A stretch of 64,000 nt of DNA from an uncultured Candidatus Micrarchaeota archaeon (GCA_963741095.1 CAVUGN010000009.1:62756-126755), one strand, 5' to 3'; counted from the stretch's first letter, positions 37,444-47,728 are shown. The notes: generated by a model not told the origin, from the sequence alone. Numbers and translations are program-made.

Positions 37444-39224
37444 AGCATCAACACCGCGAAGAAGATTATCATTGCGAGAACGCCCAGCAGGAAGACCAGC
37501 ATGTAGGAATTCACCTGCCCGCTCTCAACGTGCCTCAGCGCCTCCGCAAAGCCCAGGACGCTTTTTGCAAGAACCTTGACGAACCGGTACGCCTCGTAAT
37601 CAAAAGAGTCTACCGCCGAAGAGACGGCCATGACAAGGATCGCAAGATCGGCATAGAACGCATTCACAAAAACGTTGTTGTGCATGGCCCCATAGGCCAG
37701 GCTGTGGGTTGCGGACAGCTTCTTTCCGCTGCCCTTGAAATACACGAGATAGGCGATCGCAATTCCTATGACTGCCGTCACGGTCTCAAGCACAACGTTT
37801 GCAGGAGCCAAGACCTGCGCTACGCTTCCGTACGCGGAGAGATAGCCCGGCAGGTAGACAAAAGCCAGCGACCCGGCAACGGCCAACGCCGCGAGTATGT
37901 AGATCGGCAGCCGCATCTGCACCGGAGTGAAGAGGAAGTTGTTGCTTATGTCCCTCGAATTGGCCGAGGTTCTCTTGAGCGGCAGGAACAGCCACCTGAA
38001 CATGTAAACGCTGCTCGCAACTCCGAGCAGCAGCAGGACAATGTAGACCGGCAGGTTCGTTGCGGCAGAGGCCTCTATCCCCGCCTTTCCGAAGAAGCCG
38101 CTCAGCGGGAAGATGCCCGCTATCGACAGCACCCCGATGGCCGTCGCTATCAGCAGCGGCCTTTTCGCACCGCTTGATTGGAGCTTGTCTATCTGCTCCT
38201 CCTCGTTGTTGGCGTTCATTATCGCGCCCGCGGACATGAAGAGCAGCGCCTTGTAGAACGTCTGCACGAGAAAGAGCATCATCGCGGCCACGACCGCGTT
38301 GAGCCCGAGCGCGATGAACATCAGACCGAGGTCCTCTATCGTAGAATAGGCGAGTATCCTCTTCAGGCGGGTTTCGGTCAGCGCGTTAGCGGCACCGATG
38401 AGCGCCGTTACTACGCCAACAGCGAGTATGACGTTCAGCAGATGGTAGGCCGCGAAGAGCGGCAGCAGCAGAGCCGCGACAAAGACCCCGGCCTTGACCA
38501 TGGTCGAAGAGTGCAGGAACGCCGATACCGGGGTGGGCCCTTCCATCGCGTCCGGAAGCCATTCGTGGAAGGGGAACTGTGCGGACTTCGTGAAAGCGGC
38601 AATCAGTATCAAAAGCATCGGGAGCCAGGCCGCCGGAATCATGGGTGCAGCCAGTATCTGGGCGAAGCTGAACGTGTGATAAAGATTCCATATCATCAGC
38701 ATCGCCACCATCATGAGCACGTCGCCGATCAGCACGGTCGTCGCCGCCTTCCTTGCGGCATCCGGAGCCCTCTCCTTGTTGTACCAGAAGCCTATGAGCA
38801 GGTAGCTGGCAAGGCCCAGCAGTCCCCAACCCATCAGCATGGTTATGAAGTCGCCGGCCATCGCGAAGAGCATCATCGCAGCCGCGAACATGCAGAGCTC
38901 GAAATAATACCTGCTCTGCTCACTGGGGACTCGCATGAAACCTATCGAATAGGTTATCACCAACGGCGTCATCACCGCCACGATCAGCAGAAGCAGCATG
39001 TTGAGCGGGGCAGTAGAGGTGGTTATCTGGAACTGGTACCATATGAGGTAGAACCAGGTCACGCTCTGGCTGCTCGTCGCGTTCATGCTCAGCATCAGCA
39101 CGAGTGCAAGCGAGACAAGGCTTGCAATCAGCGCGATGTACTTTATCGGCTCGGGGAGCTCGTTGCCCAGCAGTGCGATGAATGCTGCGAAGATCAGCGG
39201 CACCACGACGAGCAGGGCGAACAT
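37440..39224 (-). CDS. nuoL: complex I-like subunit L
   Basis: KSAQFPFHEWLPDAMEGPTPVSAFLHS. Confidence 0.95.
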   Translation of the reverse strand: MFALLVVVPLIFAAFIALLGNELPEPIKYIALIASLVSLALVLMLSMNATSSQSVTWFYLIWYQFQITTSTAPLNMLLLLIVAVMTPLVITYSIGFMRVPSEQSRYYFELCMFAAAMMLFAMAGDFITMLMGWGLLGLASYLLIGFWYNKERAPDAARKAATTVLIGDVLMMVAMLMIWNLYHTFSFAQILAAPMIPAAWLPMLLILIAAFTKSAQFPFHEWLPDAMEGPTPVSAFLHSSTMVKAGVFVAALLLPLFAAYHLLNVILAVGVVTALIGAANALTETRLKRILAYSTIEDLGLMFIALGLNAVVAAMMLFLVQTFYKALLFMSAGAIMNANNEEEQIDKLQSSGAKRPLLIATAIGVLSIAGIFPLSGFFGKAGIEASAATNLPVYIVLLLLGVASSVYMFRWLFLPLKRTSANSRDISNNFLFTPVQMRLPIYILAALAVAGSLAFVYLPGYLSAYGSVAQVLAPANVVLETVTAVIGIAIAYLVYFKGSGKKLSATHSLAYGAMHNNVFVNAFYADLAILVMAVSSAVDSFDYEAYRFVKVLAKSVLGFAEALRHVESGQVNSYMLVFLLGVLAMIIFFAVLML

Positions 39225-39228
39225 TTTA

Positions 39229-39528
39229 TCAGTTTTTAAGGTTTGACATCTTGGTCACATCGAGGCCGGCCTCCAGCTTGGTCAGGTACCTGTACACGAC
39301 CACGAGGGTTATGACCTCCATCGCCGCGACCGACCACAGCGACAGGAGCAGCAGAATTATGTTGCCGCTGGCGCTGAAATAGAAGAAAGCCGTCGACAGC
39401 AGCGTCGACGCCATTATCGCCATCTCCGACGACATCATCATCACGAGAAAATGCCTGCTCGCCGCCATGCCGCAGACCCCCACTGCGAATATCACAAAGC
39501 TCAATCCCATGAAATATATCGGAATCAT
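39229..39528 (-). CDS. nuoK: complex I-like subunit K
   Basis: Three TM segments, SEM and AAME motifs; synteny. Confidence 0.85.
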   Translation of the reverse strand: MIPIYFMGLSFVIFAVGVCGMAASRHFLVMMMSSEMAIMASTLLSTAFFYFSASGNIILLLLSLWSVAAMEVITLVVVYRYLTKLEAGLDVTKMSNLKN

Positions 39529-39998
39529 CTTATCACGCTTATCCGCTTCAACAGCGCTATGGCGCCCAGCGCCACCCCGAACAGCGCAAAGATCATCAGG
39601 TAGAGCTGCCCGGCACCGGAGGAAAGCTGGCTGACTATCGCGTCTCCCGTCAGGAGATTCTGCTGCGGAGTCGGGAACGGCGTGCTCGCCGCCAGGTAGA
39701 ACGAAACCATGAAGAAAACTGCTGCAAGTATGAGCAGGAGCAGCAGGTTCGTGTGCTCGAAGCGCGAGATGCTGACCGAAGCCACGCCGACGAAGAGGAA
39801 GGTGGCTATGCCGCCCACCATCACGAACAGCTGAAGGAGCGCGAGCAGCGGCTGGTCGAGCGCGAGGAACATGAGCGAGTTCACGAAGAACGCCATCGCA
39901 AGGGAGAGCACCGAATGAAGCACGTCCTTGAAGACGAACACCAGGGCTATGGACAGGAGCTCCGCCAAAGCCAGTGCGATAAACAAGATCGGGTACAT
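39525..39998 (-). CDS. nuoJ: complex I-like subunit J
   Basis: LQLFVMVGGIATFLF; synteny. Confidence 0.85.
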   Translation of the reverse strand: MYPILFIALALAELLSIALVFVFKDVLHSVLSLAMAFFVNSLMFLALDQPLLALLQLFVMVGGIATFLFVGVASVSISRFEHTNLLLLLILAAVFFMVSFYLAASTPFPTPQQNLLTGDAIVSQLSSGAGQLYLMIFALFGVALGAIALLKRISVIR

Positions 39999-40006
39999 CA
40001 CTACAC

Positions 40007-40369
40007 CTACTCCAACTCCTCCGGCCTCCTTATGAAATCCCTCCGGTCATACCTCTCAAGATCGTGCTCCTTCGTAAGCACAAGGCACTTTGTAGGGCAG
40101 ACCTCCTCGCAGAGCGCGCAGAAGAGGCACCTCTCGAAGTTTACCTCTGGCATCAGCTTGGTGCCGTGCTCGGTCTCCGTCTCCACCATCGTTATCGTGA
40201 CGTTCGGGCATATCCTTGCGCATGCCGAGCAGCTTATGCAGGTCTTCATGTCGAGCTTGTGCATGCCCCGGTAATTGTCGGCGAGCTGCTGCTTCTCCTC
40301 CGGGAATTCCAGGGTGGAAGGCTTCTTCGTGAGCGCCCCAAGGACCTTTATTATCGGTTTTATAGTCAT
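40007..40369 (-). CDS. nuoI: complex I-like subunit I
   Basis: Two CxxCxxCxxxCP motifs. Confidence 0.93.
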   Translation of the reverse strand: MTIKPIIKVLGALTKKPSTLEFPEEKQQLADNYRGMHKLDMKTCISCSACARICPNVTITMVETETEHGTKLMPEVNFERCLFCALCEEVCPTKCLVLTKEHDLERYDRRDFIRRPEELE

Positions 40370-40378
40370 AAAAGTGCC

Positions 40379-41416
40379 TCATTTTACAAATAAGATGAAC
40401 GTGATTAATAAGTTAACTACTGCCAGCGGCATCAGGTAGAGCCAGCCGAGCCTCAGGACCTTGTCTATCCTCATGCGGACCATCGCTGCCCTTATCACCA
40501 CTATCAGCAGCGCGAGTATTACGACCTTCAGCATGAGCCACGCAAACTGGGGCACAATGGCGGGACCCAGCCAGCCTCCAAGGAAGAGCAGCGACATCAG
40601 CAGGGTGCCTACGAAGACGCGCGTGTAGTCGAGGAAGAGCGCCAGGCCGAAGTACGGGGCACCAACGTCCGTGAGCCACCCCGCTATGAGCTCGTTGTCC
40701 GCCTCTCTCAGGTCAAAAGGGGATCGCTCCAATTCCGCGAGCATCACCACGAAGAACACCGCGAAGCCGAGCGGCATCATCAGTATCAGCCAGTGACTCT
40801 GCTGCAGAGCCACTATCGCGCTTATCCCGTAGCCGTTCGCCAGCATCGCCACCGAGGCGACGACGAGTATCAGCGGTATCTCGTAGCTCATGAGTATCAT
40901 GACCGATCTCTGCGCGCTTATCGAGCTGAACTTGTTGCCGCTCGTCCATCCCGCAAGGAAGAGCAGCAGCGGCGTGAACGAGAGTATTATGAAGACCGCG
41001 AGCAATCCCCAGGTGGTGTTTATGCCGATGAACGAGCCCGTCAGCGGCAGGAACCCTATTATCAGTACGAAGACCGCGAATATCATCGGAAGCACAAGCA
41101 GGAACAGCGGCTTGTCCGCGTTGTCAGGTATTATGTTCTCCTTCGACAGCAGCTTCACGATGTCGGCAAGGTTCTGCAGTATGCCGTACTTTCCAACATA
41201 GGTCGGCCCGTGCCTCGACTGCGCCCTTGCGACCACCTTCCTTTCAACCCAGCCGAACAGATACGCGAACACGCTGACGACAACCCCAATGATTATCGCA
41301 AAGACGACCAACGCCAGCAGCAGAGACAGCGCTCCGCCTCCGGCCATCATGGATAGCCTCGCATAGAAGTAAGAGAAGTAAGATGCGACCGGCTGCGAGG
41401 AGATGTCAATAGCCAT
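40379..41416 (-). CDS. nuoH: complex I-like subunit H
   Basis: ERKVVARAQSRHGP, PFDLREADNEL. Confidence 0.95.
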   Translation of the reverse strand: MAIDISSQPVASYFSYFYARLSMMAGGGALSLLLALVVFAIIIGVVVSVFAYLFGWVERKVVARAQSRHGPTYVGKYGILQNLADIVKLLSKENIIPDNADKPLFLLVLPMIFAVFVLIIGFLPLTGSFIGINTTWGLLAVFIILSFTPLLLFLAGWTSGNKFSSISAQRSVMILMSYEIPLILVVASVAMLANGYGISAIVALQQSHWLILMMPLGFAVFFVVMLAELERSPFDLREADNELIAGWLTDVGAPYFGLALFLDYTRVFVGTLLMSLLFLGGWLGPAIVPQFAWLMLKVVILALLIVVIRAAMVRMRIDKVLRLGWLYLMPLAVVNLLITFILFVK

Positions 41417-41460
41417 ATAAGCCTGATTGCACATCTTAACTTTAAATTAATGTGTGTTGC

Positions 41461-41724
41461 ATGCCAAACGAAAAGGCAAAGGAGGCGATCAAGGCAGGGG
41501 GCATATCCATAAGGATAAAACGGGCGGGGATGCTCCAATTCCAGACCTTCAAGGTAAGGAGGATAACTTTGGGCAGCGAACAATTCGTCGAACTCTACCT
41601 TCCGAAGATAGTCGACATCAGCGAGCTTCACAGGATAGCCAACGAATTTGACCTGCCTGTAGAAGCCGAGAACGGCCGCGCATTCCCCGAAGGGAAGGGC
41701 GCAAAGGACTTCACGAATCTATGA
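41461..41724 (+). CDS. small hypothetical protein
   Basis: ORF divergent from nuoH with host-like codon usage. Confidence 0.65.
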   Translation: MPNEKAKEAIKAGGISIRIKRAGMLQFQTFKVRRITLGSEQFVELYLPKIVDISELHRIANEFDLPVEAENGRAFPEGKGAKDFTNL

Positions 41725-41732
41725 TTCCCCGA

Positions 41733-42539
41733 TCACTGATGCCTTCCCTTCCTGTACTCGTGCCTCAGTATGGCGTGCATGTTAATGCTCGTTTCTGGCA
41801 CACCCTCATCGCCGTTGGAGCAGCTAGACCTCAATTCCGCGAAGAAGGCGTCCAAGCGGTCCATGTAACCTTCATGTGCTTCGAGCCACGCGCTCTTTTC
41901 CTGCTCGCTCCACTTGGCGTAGAAGGCGTAGGTCCCCTTCTGGCTATAACCTCCGACTCCAAATCCCTTCAGCCATGGCTCCACCCTGCGGATCGCGTAC
42001 TCCATGTACTCCTTTTTTCCTGAGAAATCGACGTCCTTCAGCGCGATCAGACCCGCCAGCACCTCGACATCATTCGCCAAGTGCGCCCTCAGCAGAATCG
42101 AACCATCGGACAGCAACGACGGTGCGCTCAGGCATTTTGCCCATACCGACCTATTCGGCCCACGATTATTCGTATCCCAGTAGGCCTTGCTGTGCAGTAC
42201 CCTCTGGGCCTTGTCAAACGATTTTATCCGACCGGCACGTTCCGCAGCTCTGACTGTAGCATCATACAGTGCGGTGACACGGCTGTACCTGCCCAGACCT
42301 TCCTTGGAATCGTCAGCGGCTGTCATCTCGCTTCCCACCATGAACGCATTCAGCGTGGTTACATACTCCCTGTCCACCACCTCCACGACCTTCCAGTCCC
42401 TGCCGGGATCGCAGATGGGGCTCAACCATGGAGGCGCCTCCCTAAGCAAACCAGCAAATCGATTGAGCGTGCCGTTGACTTCGGTGGGCAGGCTCTGTAT
42501 CATAATCGAACCATCCGTCTTCTGTGCTACCTTTTCCAT
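41733..42539 (-). CDS. hypothetical protein, 'DxDF..K...KG[YF]G' paralog family
   Basis: KDVDFSGKKEY...WLKGFG. Confidence 0.7.
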   Translation of the reverse strand: MEKVAQKTDGSIMIQSLPTEVNGTLNRFAGLLREAPPWLSPICDPGRDWKVVEVVDREYVTTLNAFMVGSEMTAADDSKEGLGRYSRVTALYDATVRAAERAGRIKSFDKAQRVLHSKAYWDTNNRGPNRSVWAKCLSAPSLLSDGSILLRAHLANDVEVLAGLIALKDVDFSGKKEYMEYAIRRVEPWLKGFGVGGYSQKGTYAFYAKWSEQEKSAWLEAHEGYMDRLDAFFAELRSSCSNGDEGVPETSINMHAILRHEYRKGRHQ

Positions 42540-42632
42540 GCTTTCACCCGGTACCAGGGATTAGCACTTTCCAGATATTTGTAGCTATCGGTGGGATTCT
42601 GTGGGTACCGAATGCCTTCTACGGCTGCGCTT

Positions 42633-44333
42633 TCACGGCGGGAATCCGCTGGTAGTGACGTTGAGAATTCCTACGGCCACGCTGTTGACGTTGTTGCGCG
42701 TGTAGTTCACGGTTATCTGATAGTTCTGCACATTGATGGGCAGGTTCACCATGTTGTAGCACGGAAATGGCAACGAGATTGCCGAATTGCCCTTGACCGT
42801 TGTCGCGTTCAGCAGTGCGGTGTACTTGACCCCAGGAAGGTGGCACCCGACTCCTGTTATGTTTATCGAAGAGCCGAGCCTGTTTGTTATGGTCAGGTTT
42901 GCTATGCTGTCGTAATAGTCGAAGCTGTCGTAGCTGCATCCGAGGCTGTTGCTGCTGTTGAAAAGGCAGAAGTTCGCGGGGGATTCCACCCAGCGTTCGG
43001 TGGAGCCGTTGATCATGAGCGCCGCTATCAGCGCTGCGCCATTGCTGTGCGCAGGAAGCAGATTGCTTGCGTTGACAAGCGAGTAGAGCGTCACGGTGTA
43101 GTTTGGCGTTATCTCTGTGGTGTTCACCAATCCGTAGCCCGCAGTCTGTGAGCGGTTTATTGGCACCACGATGTAGGAGCACGCATGCATCCTGCCATTG
43201 TCGTAGGTGATGCCGTAGCACGTCCTGTTGGAGGAGATGTTGATTGCGCTGTTGGATTTCTGCACGTAGCCCGCGAAGACCCCATAGCCGTTCTGGAAGA
43301 AGTTCACGACTCCGACGCCGGAACCCGAGTATGGCAGCGACGAGCCGAGCTTGGAGGAATTGATGTACGCGAACACCGATTGGTAATGGGAGAGGGCGTT
43401 GTTCGTGTTCAGCGCGTCGACCAGCGAATTGCTTTCCGTCGGCGTGTACTCCCTGCCCATGAACGAGAGGCAGGTCGTGTTCTTGCTGTTGTTGTAATAG
43501 ACGAGCATCTTGGTCCAGCCGTTGCTGTAATCGGTGCACATGCTGGTCCGGTTATCCACCCTCGCGAAGCTTACCCCAGTGCCATTTATCGTCATGTTGG
43601 ACATCGGCACCCTGAACGTCGAAGTCACATAATCGACCAGCCCCGGAGTTACCGTGCCCTGGAGCCACACTATGTAGGATGAGGTCCCATTGGCATAGCT
43701 GGTGTACGCGCCGAAAACATCAGCGATGTAGCCGTACAGGTTGTCGAAGATCTTTACGGTCATGCCCTTCGACGTGCCGAACAACGCATCGATCATGTCG
43801 AGGTTGTAGGCCTGTGCCACGGCCGAGGCCGAATACATTCCCGTGCCTGACAGGACGAAGCTCTGCGTGCTCGTCACGTTCTCATTCGGGATCGACTTGT
43901 AAACGTTCGGGAGCTCCGGAACGCTGATATCGACAGGCACGCTGCTCACCGTACTGTTCCTGTTCACCACATTCAGCAGCCTGCCCGGATCCGCCACGGC
44001 CTGGAAAGAGGTGTTGCCTATCAGCCTGTAAGTGTAATTCCCTTTAAGGGTCACATTGCTGTGCCCGGGTATCGTGACCGTGTAGTGCCTCAGCTCAGTG
44101 CCGTTCTGGTAAAGCCCCACGGTCAGCCCCTTCACCGTTGCGCCGCCCTCGTTGATTACCTTTATTGTGAAAATGGAAGTCTGGTACGGGAAAATGACTC
44201 CAGTACGGTTGTTGCTCATGATGACGTTCAGCGAATAGCTGTTCGTGCTGAATTCGATTGCTATCGCTGCAACCAGCACGATCACCACCACCGCCGATGC
44301 TATGTACGGCAAAAGATTTTTTTTGGATGACAT
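42633..44333 (-). CDS. membrane-anchored surface protein with Ig/CARDB-like domain
   Basis: N-terminal TM; VINEGG...VADPG; many N-x-S/T sequons. Confidence 0.75.
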   Translation of the reverse strand: MSSKKNLLPYIASAVVVIVLVAAIAIEFSTNSYSLNVIMSNNRTGVIFPYQTSIFTIKVINEGGATVKGLTVGLYQNGTELRHYTVTIPGHSNVTLKGNYTYRLIGNTSFQAVADPGRLLNVVNRNSTVSSVPVDISVPELPNVYKSIPNENVTSTQSFVLSGTGMYSASAVAQAYNLDMIDALFGTSKGMTVKIFDNLYGYIADVFGAYTSYANGTSSYIVWLQGTVTPGLVDYVTSTFRVPMSNMTINGTGVSFARVDNRTSMCTDYSNGWTKMLVYYNNSKNTTCLSFMGREYTPTESNSLVDALNTNNALSHYQSVFAYINSSKLGSSLPYSGSGVGVVNFFQNGYGVFAGYVQKSNSAINISSNRTCYGITYDNGRMHACSYIVVPINRSQTAGYGLVNTTEITPNYTVTLYSLVNASNLLPAHSNGAALIAALMINGSTERWVESPANFCLFNSSNSLGCSYDSFDYYDSIANLTITNRLGSSINITGVGCHLPGVKYTALLNATTVKGNSAISLPFPCYNMVNLPINVQNYQITVNYTRNNVNSVAVGILNVTTSGFPP

Positions 44334-44338
44334 GTGAA

Positions 44339-44797
44339 TTACCTGCCTTTCAATTCCTTAAGCGCCGATATCATCTTCTCCTTTATGGGATTTACCTGCG
44401 AATCGAGATAGTTGACCACCCACAGGTTCGCGTCGTATCTGTCGCCGACTTCCGGCATCAGCAGGAAATACTTGCCCTTCGCGTTGTCCACTATGTTCGC
44501 CTTCTTCAGCTGCAGCAGATGGTACCTGAGCGTTTTTTCGTTTATCACGCCCCAGCTGCCTGTTATGTAGTTCATCAGCTCCTCCACGCTCGGGTCCTTT
44601 TTCTCTGAGAATTGGAAGTACAGCACAGCATCGAGCACGGACACTGCGCTAAGCCTCGATTCCCCGGGGCTTATAACTCCCAATGAGAGCGCAAGCCATC
44701 TGACAAGAGACCTTCTCGTCTCAGTGACCTCCTTCGTTATCCTGAGATTCCTGATAGTCAGCTCATGCTCTATCAGTTTCGATTCGTTCACTTCCAT
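44339..44797 (-). CDS. putative winged-helix regulator
   Basis: EKTLRYHLLQLKKANIV...KYFL. Confidence 0.7.
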   Translation of the reverse strand: MEVNESKLIEHELTIRNLRITKEVTETRRSLVRWLALSLGVISPGESRLSAVSVLDAVLYFQFSEKKDPSVEELMNYITGSWGVINEKTLRYHLLQLKKANIVDNAKGKYFLLMPEVGDRYDANLWVVNYLDSQVNPIKEKMISALKELKGR

Positions 44798-44872
44798 AGC
44801 TGCACCAAGCAAAAACTTATCAATAGCGATTCGAACAAATAAATATCTTCTTGTTTAAAAGGTAGTGATAGA

Positions 44873-45235
44873 ATGCCGATAGTCAGCATAAGCATGCGGT
44901 TCGAGCCCGCCGTGCTCAAGGCGTACGCAAGGAACGAGGCGTCGATACACATAACGCTCAAGAATACCGATACTGCAAAGACCTACTGGTGCGAATGCGA
45001 CGTCTCGGTCAAGGCACCTCTCTCATTGGCTCACGACAAGGAGCTCACCGTGGGCAGGTCAAGGGTCGGCATACTCAAGCCGGGCAACGAAAGGGAGAAA
45101 GAGCTGAGGCTCTACACCAGCCCCAACAACTTCCCTGACGAGTACGCGCTGACCGTGACATCCTACGTCTACGACGAGGACGGCGCCATAGCGGAGCGCA
45201 CCGAGCAGCCGGGAAGCATAAAGTGCGAGGGCTGA
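44873..45235 (+). CDS. hypothetical protein
   Basis: 120-aa ORF with SD-like GGTAGTGA. Confidence 0.7.
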   Translation: MPIVSISMRFEPAVLKAYARNEASIHITLKNTDTAKTYWCECDVSVKAPLSLAHDKELTVGRSRVGILKPGNEREKELRLYTSPNNFPDEYALTVTSYVYDEDGAIAERTEQPGSIKCEG

Positions 45236-45315
45236 ATTCCCTATTCCTAACTCCAGGTTCACGCCACAGATAAGGATAAATATTAGGAAAACTTCATCAA
45301 CAAACGGGAAGCGAG

Positions 45316-45966
45316 ATGGAACTAAAAGCGAACATGGATGGAAGGATGACTCCCGAGAGGGCGGAGGCGATAAAAGCGTTCGTCAGGCAGACTGGCGAGT
45401 CATCGAGTAATACCGTCAATGATCAAACCGCGAGTTTGAGGAATGCCGCAAAGAGGCCTTCCATGAGCGAGTCGGAGGCAAACCGATTAGGAAAAGAACT
45501 GGTTGAAGGATCGGCAAAACAGGGCGTAGACACAGTCAAAATCCATAGACTGATACGCGAAGGTGCGAACGTAAATTCGACGAACGATTATGGCTTTACC
45601 GCGCTGATGTACGCTTCACAGGACGGCTATGTCGCGGTTGTCGAAGCGCTGTTAAACAACGGGGCGGATGTGAATCTGAAGAACGTGTACAATCATAATT
45701 CAATGGATTATGCCATAGGGACCGACCGCATAGAGATTGTCGAATTGCTGATACACGGAGGAGTGGATGTGAACGCACCGACGGGCAAGATCGGCATGAC
45801 CCCACTGATGTGTGCATCAAAATACGGTGATTACATGATCGTCGACGCACTGTTGAGCAACGGAGCCGATGCCAATATAATAGACGGCAACGGCAAGAAA
45901 GCGGTGGATTATACTGAAGACAGGGATATAAAGATGATGCTTGAAGCCGCAATGCAGGCGAAATGA
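45316..45966 (+). CDS. ankyrin-repeat protein with shared leader
   Basis: GFTALMYAS, GMTPLMCAS. Confidence 0.9.
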   Translation: MELKANMDGRMTPERAEAIKAFVRQTGESSSNTVNDQTASLRNAAKRPSMSESEANRLGKELVEGSAKQGVDTVKIHRLIREGANVNSTNDYGFTALMYASQDGYVAVVEALLNNGADVNLKNVYNHNSMDYAIGTDRIEIVELLIHGGVDVNAPTGKIGMTPLMCASKYGDYMIVDALLSNGADANIIDGNGKKAVDYTEDRDIKMMLEAAMQAK

Positions 45967-45967
45967 G

Positions 45968-46612
45968 ATGGAGATAAAGGCAAATATCGACGGAAGGATG
46001 ACAATACAAAGAGCCGACGCGATCAAAGCGTACCTCCATGCGTTGTACGCAACTCCTGATTACATATTCAACAACAGTCTCTCAGATTTCAAGCTGAAGA
46101 ATGCTCCTCCTAGCATACAGAACAACATCAACGATTTCATCATGGGCATCAGGGGCGTCATGGCGATTCCAGAGCCGGATGGAAAGCCGAGACCGGAATG
46201 GAAGGTGTTCTACGGGAAAACGTGGGAAGAGGCGAGAAATGCAGCGCATCAAAAAGCGATGGACGACGAAAAAGTTGCCGGAGAGTATGGCAGAGCACAG
46301 ACCGAAGCGCAACGTGCATTCTCCGGAGCAGCCGGAAGTAACTGTAATGCTGATTTTTGCGCCGTCGTCAAAATGATCGGAAGTGGATGGGCTCAACGCT
46401 GGGACGAGCCGGCGATAATGTACGCTAGCATGCTGCTTGTCGAAGACCGGGATTTCCTAAACAAGGAGAAGCACATCGCATTTGCAAAGTCAACCTGGGA
46501 GATCTGTCAGAAGGGCTACGGCTGGTTCGTGGATGTCGCTGGCGTGCAATACGTCTATGCAAAAGGCAAGCCGCCAAGAATCAGCGAGGCAAAGAAGATG
46601 ATGCGGAATTGA
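45968..46612 (+). CDS. hypothetical protein: shared leader plus 'KG[YF]G' family body
   Basis: MEIKANIDGRMT; EDRDFLNKEK...QKGYG. Confidence 0.75.
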   Translation: MEIKANIDGRMTIQRADAIKAYLHALYATPDYIFNNSLSDFKLKNAPPSIQNNINDFIMGIRGVMAIPEPDGKPRPEWKVFYGKTWEEARNAAHQKAMDDEKVAGEYGRAQTEAQRAFSGAAGSNCNADFCAVVKMIGSGWAQRWDEPAIMYASMLLVEDRDFLNKEKHIAFAKSTWEICQKGYGWFVDVAGVQYVYAKGKPPRISEAKKMMRN

Positions 46613-47185
46613 TCAAAGTAGGCAGCTGTTCGAATTCAGATAATCCTTTTTGGTGAGGGTCCATATCCTAAGCTGCCTGTCCTTCGGCCCTATGTCGAAG
46701 AACTCCTTCGGAACGCCCTGCTGTATTACCTCGATGGAAATGCCGCGCGCGACAAGCACGAAGCCAAGGCTTTTCAGAAGCCGCGCGCCCCTGCTCGACT
46801 CGTTCTTTACCACAACGATCTTCCCATTCGGATATTCCCTGAACGTCTCCTCTATGTGCAACCTGGTCATCTTGCTGTATATGCCGTGATTCCTGTAGTC
46901 CGGATGGACCACGACGCCCCTTATCTCAAGCCATCCGCTCTCCGGCCACACGTGCATTGCGGAATGGCCGACTATCCTGTTGTTGTGCTTGGCGACGAAC
47001 GATAGGCCGAAGCCGACCCACGACTTTACCTCGTCATGGCTCACATCAAGCACAGCGTTGGATCGGTTGTGCTCGTCGTTTATGAGGCTGACAATCTCCT
47101 TGACGTCTCCTTCAATTGCCCTTGTCATTGCGACGTTCTGCGCGCTCAAGCCCGCTGGTAGCGAATCGTCGGTCAATTTCGGCAA
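46613..47185 (-). CDS. GNAT acetyltransferase (ArgA-like)
   Basis: EIRGVVVHPDYRNHGI. Confidence 0.85.
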   Translation of the reverse strand: MPKLTDDSLPAGLSAQNVAMTRAIEGDVKEIVSLINDEHNRSNAVLDVSHDEVKSWVGFGLSFVAKHNNRIVGHSAMHVWPESGWLEIRGVVVHPDYRNHGIYSKMTRLHIEETFREYPNGKIVVVKNESSRGARLLKSLGFVLVARGISIEVIQQGVPKEFFDIGPKDRQLRIWTLTKKDYLNSNSCLL

Positions 47186-47271
47186 CCCTTTTTCCTGAGA
47201 TTAGCAGTTGAAAAGCAGAAGGAAGAATCGCATCCCAAATAGTCGTTCATCTTTATCGGGTATCCGGAAGG

Positions 47272-47433
47272 TTACTTCCTTGATTCGAGAAGCTTCTTGT
47301 TTATCTTCTTGTGCAGCAGGATGGAATTTCTATAGCACCTGTTGCTGCAGAAATAGTTCAGCACGCCCGTCTTGTGCACGTACATGGTGCCGGTGCCCTT
47401 GGGTATGTCCGTGGAACAGTATGAGCATCTCAT
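47272..47433 (-). CDS. rpl24e: 50S ribosomal protein L24e; absent from ORF track
   Basis: Hand translation MRCSYCSTDIPKGTGTMYV...FCSNRC. Confidence 0.93.
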   Translation of the reverse strand: MRCSYCSTDIPKGTGTMYVHKTGVLNYFCSNRCYRNSILLHKKINKKLLESRK

Positions 47434-47440
47434 TGGAACA

Positions 47441-47716
47441 CTACTTTACTCTTATCTCCCTTGCCTCCCTGCTTGTGTCCGGCAGCCTTATCACGTCTCC
47501 TGCCTTTATCGGCCCGAGGACGTTCCTCTTTATTATGCGGTTTTCGTCCTTGCCTTCGAGTATCCTGCATGAGACAAGATAGACCTCGCCGGATATGCCT
47601 GTCTTCTGGGCCCTGTTGACCTCTATTATCTCCGCCAGGAAGCCAGCGAACTGCGGCTTCTGCTGTTGCTGCACCTCCGCAGGTTTCTGCTGCTGTTGTG
47701 GCTGTTCTTCCGGCAT
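47441..47716 (-). CDS. rps28e: 30S ribosomal protein S28e
   Basis: TGISGEV, IKRNVLGP, REAREI. Confidence 0.95.
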   Translation of the reverse strand: MPEEQPQQQQKPAEVQQQQKPQFAGFLAEIIEVNRAQKTGISGEVYLVSCRILEGKDENRIIKRNVLGPIKAGDVIRLPDTSREAREIRVK

Positions 47717-47728
47717 CGATCTCAACTA

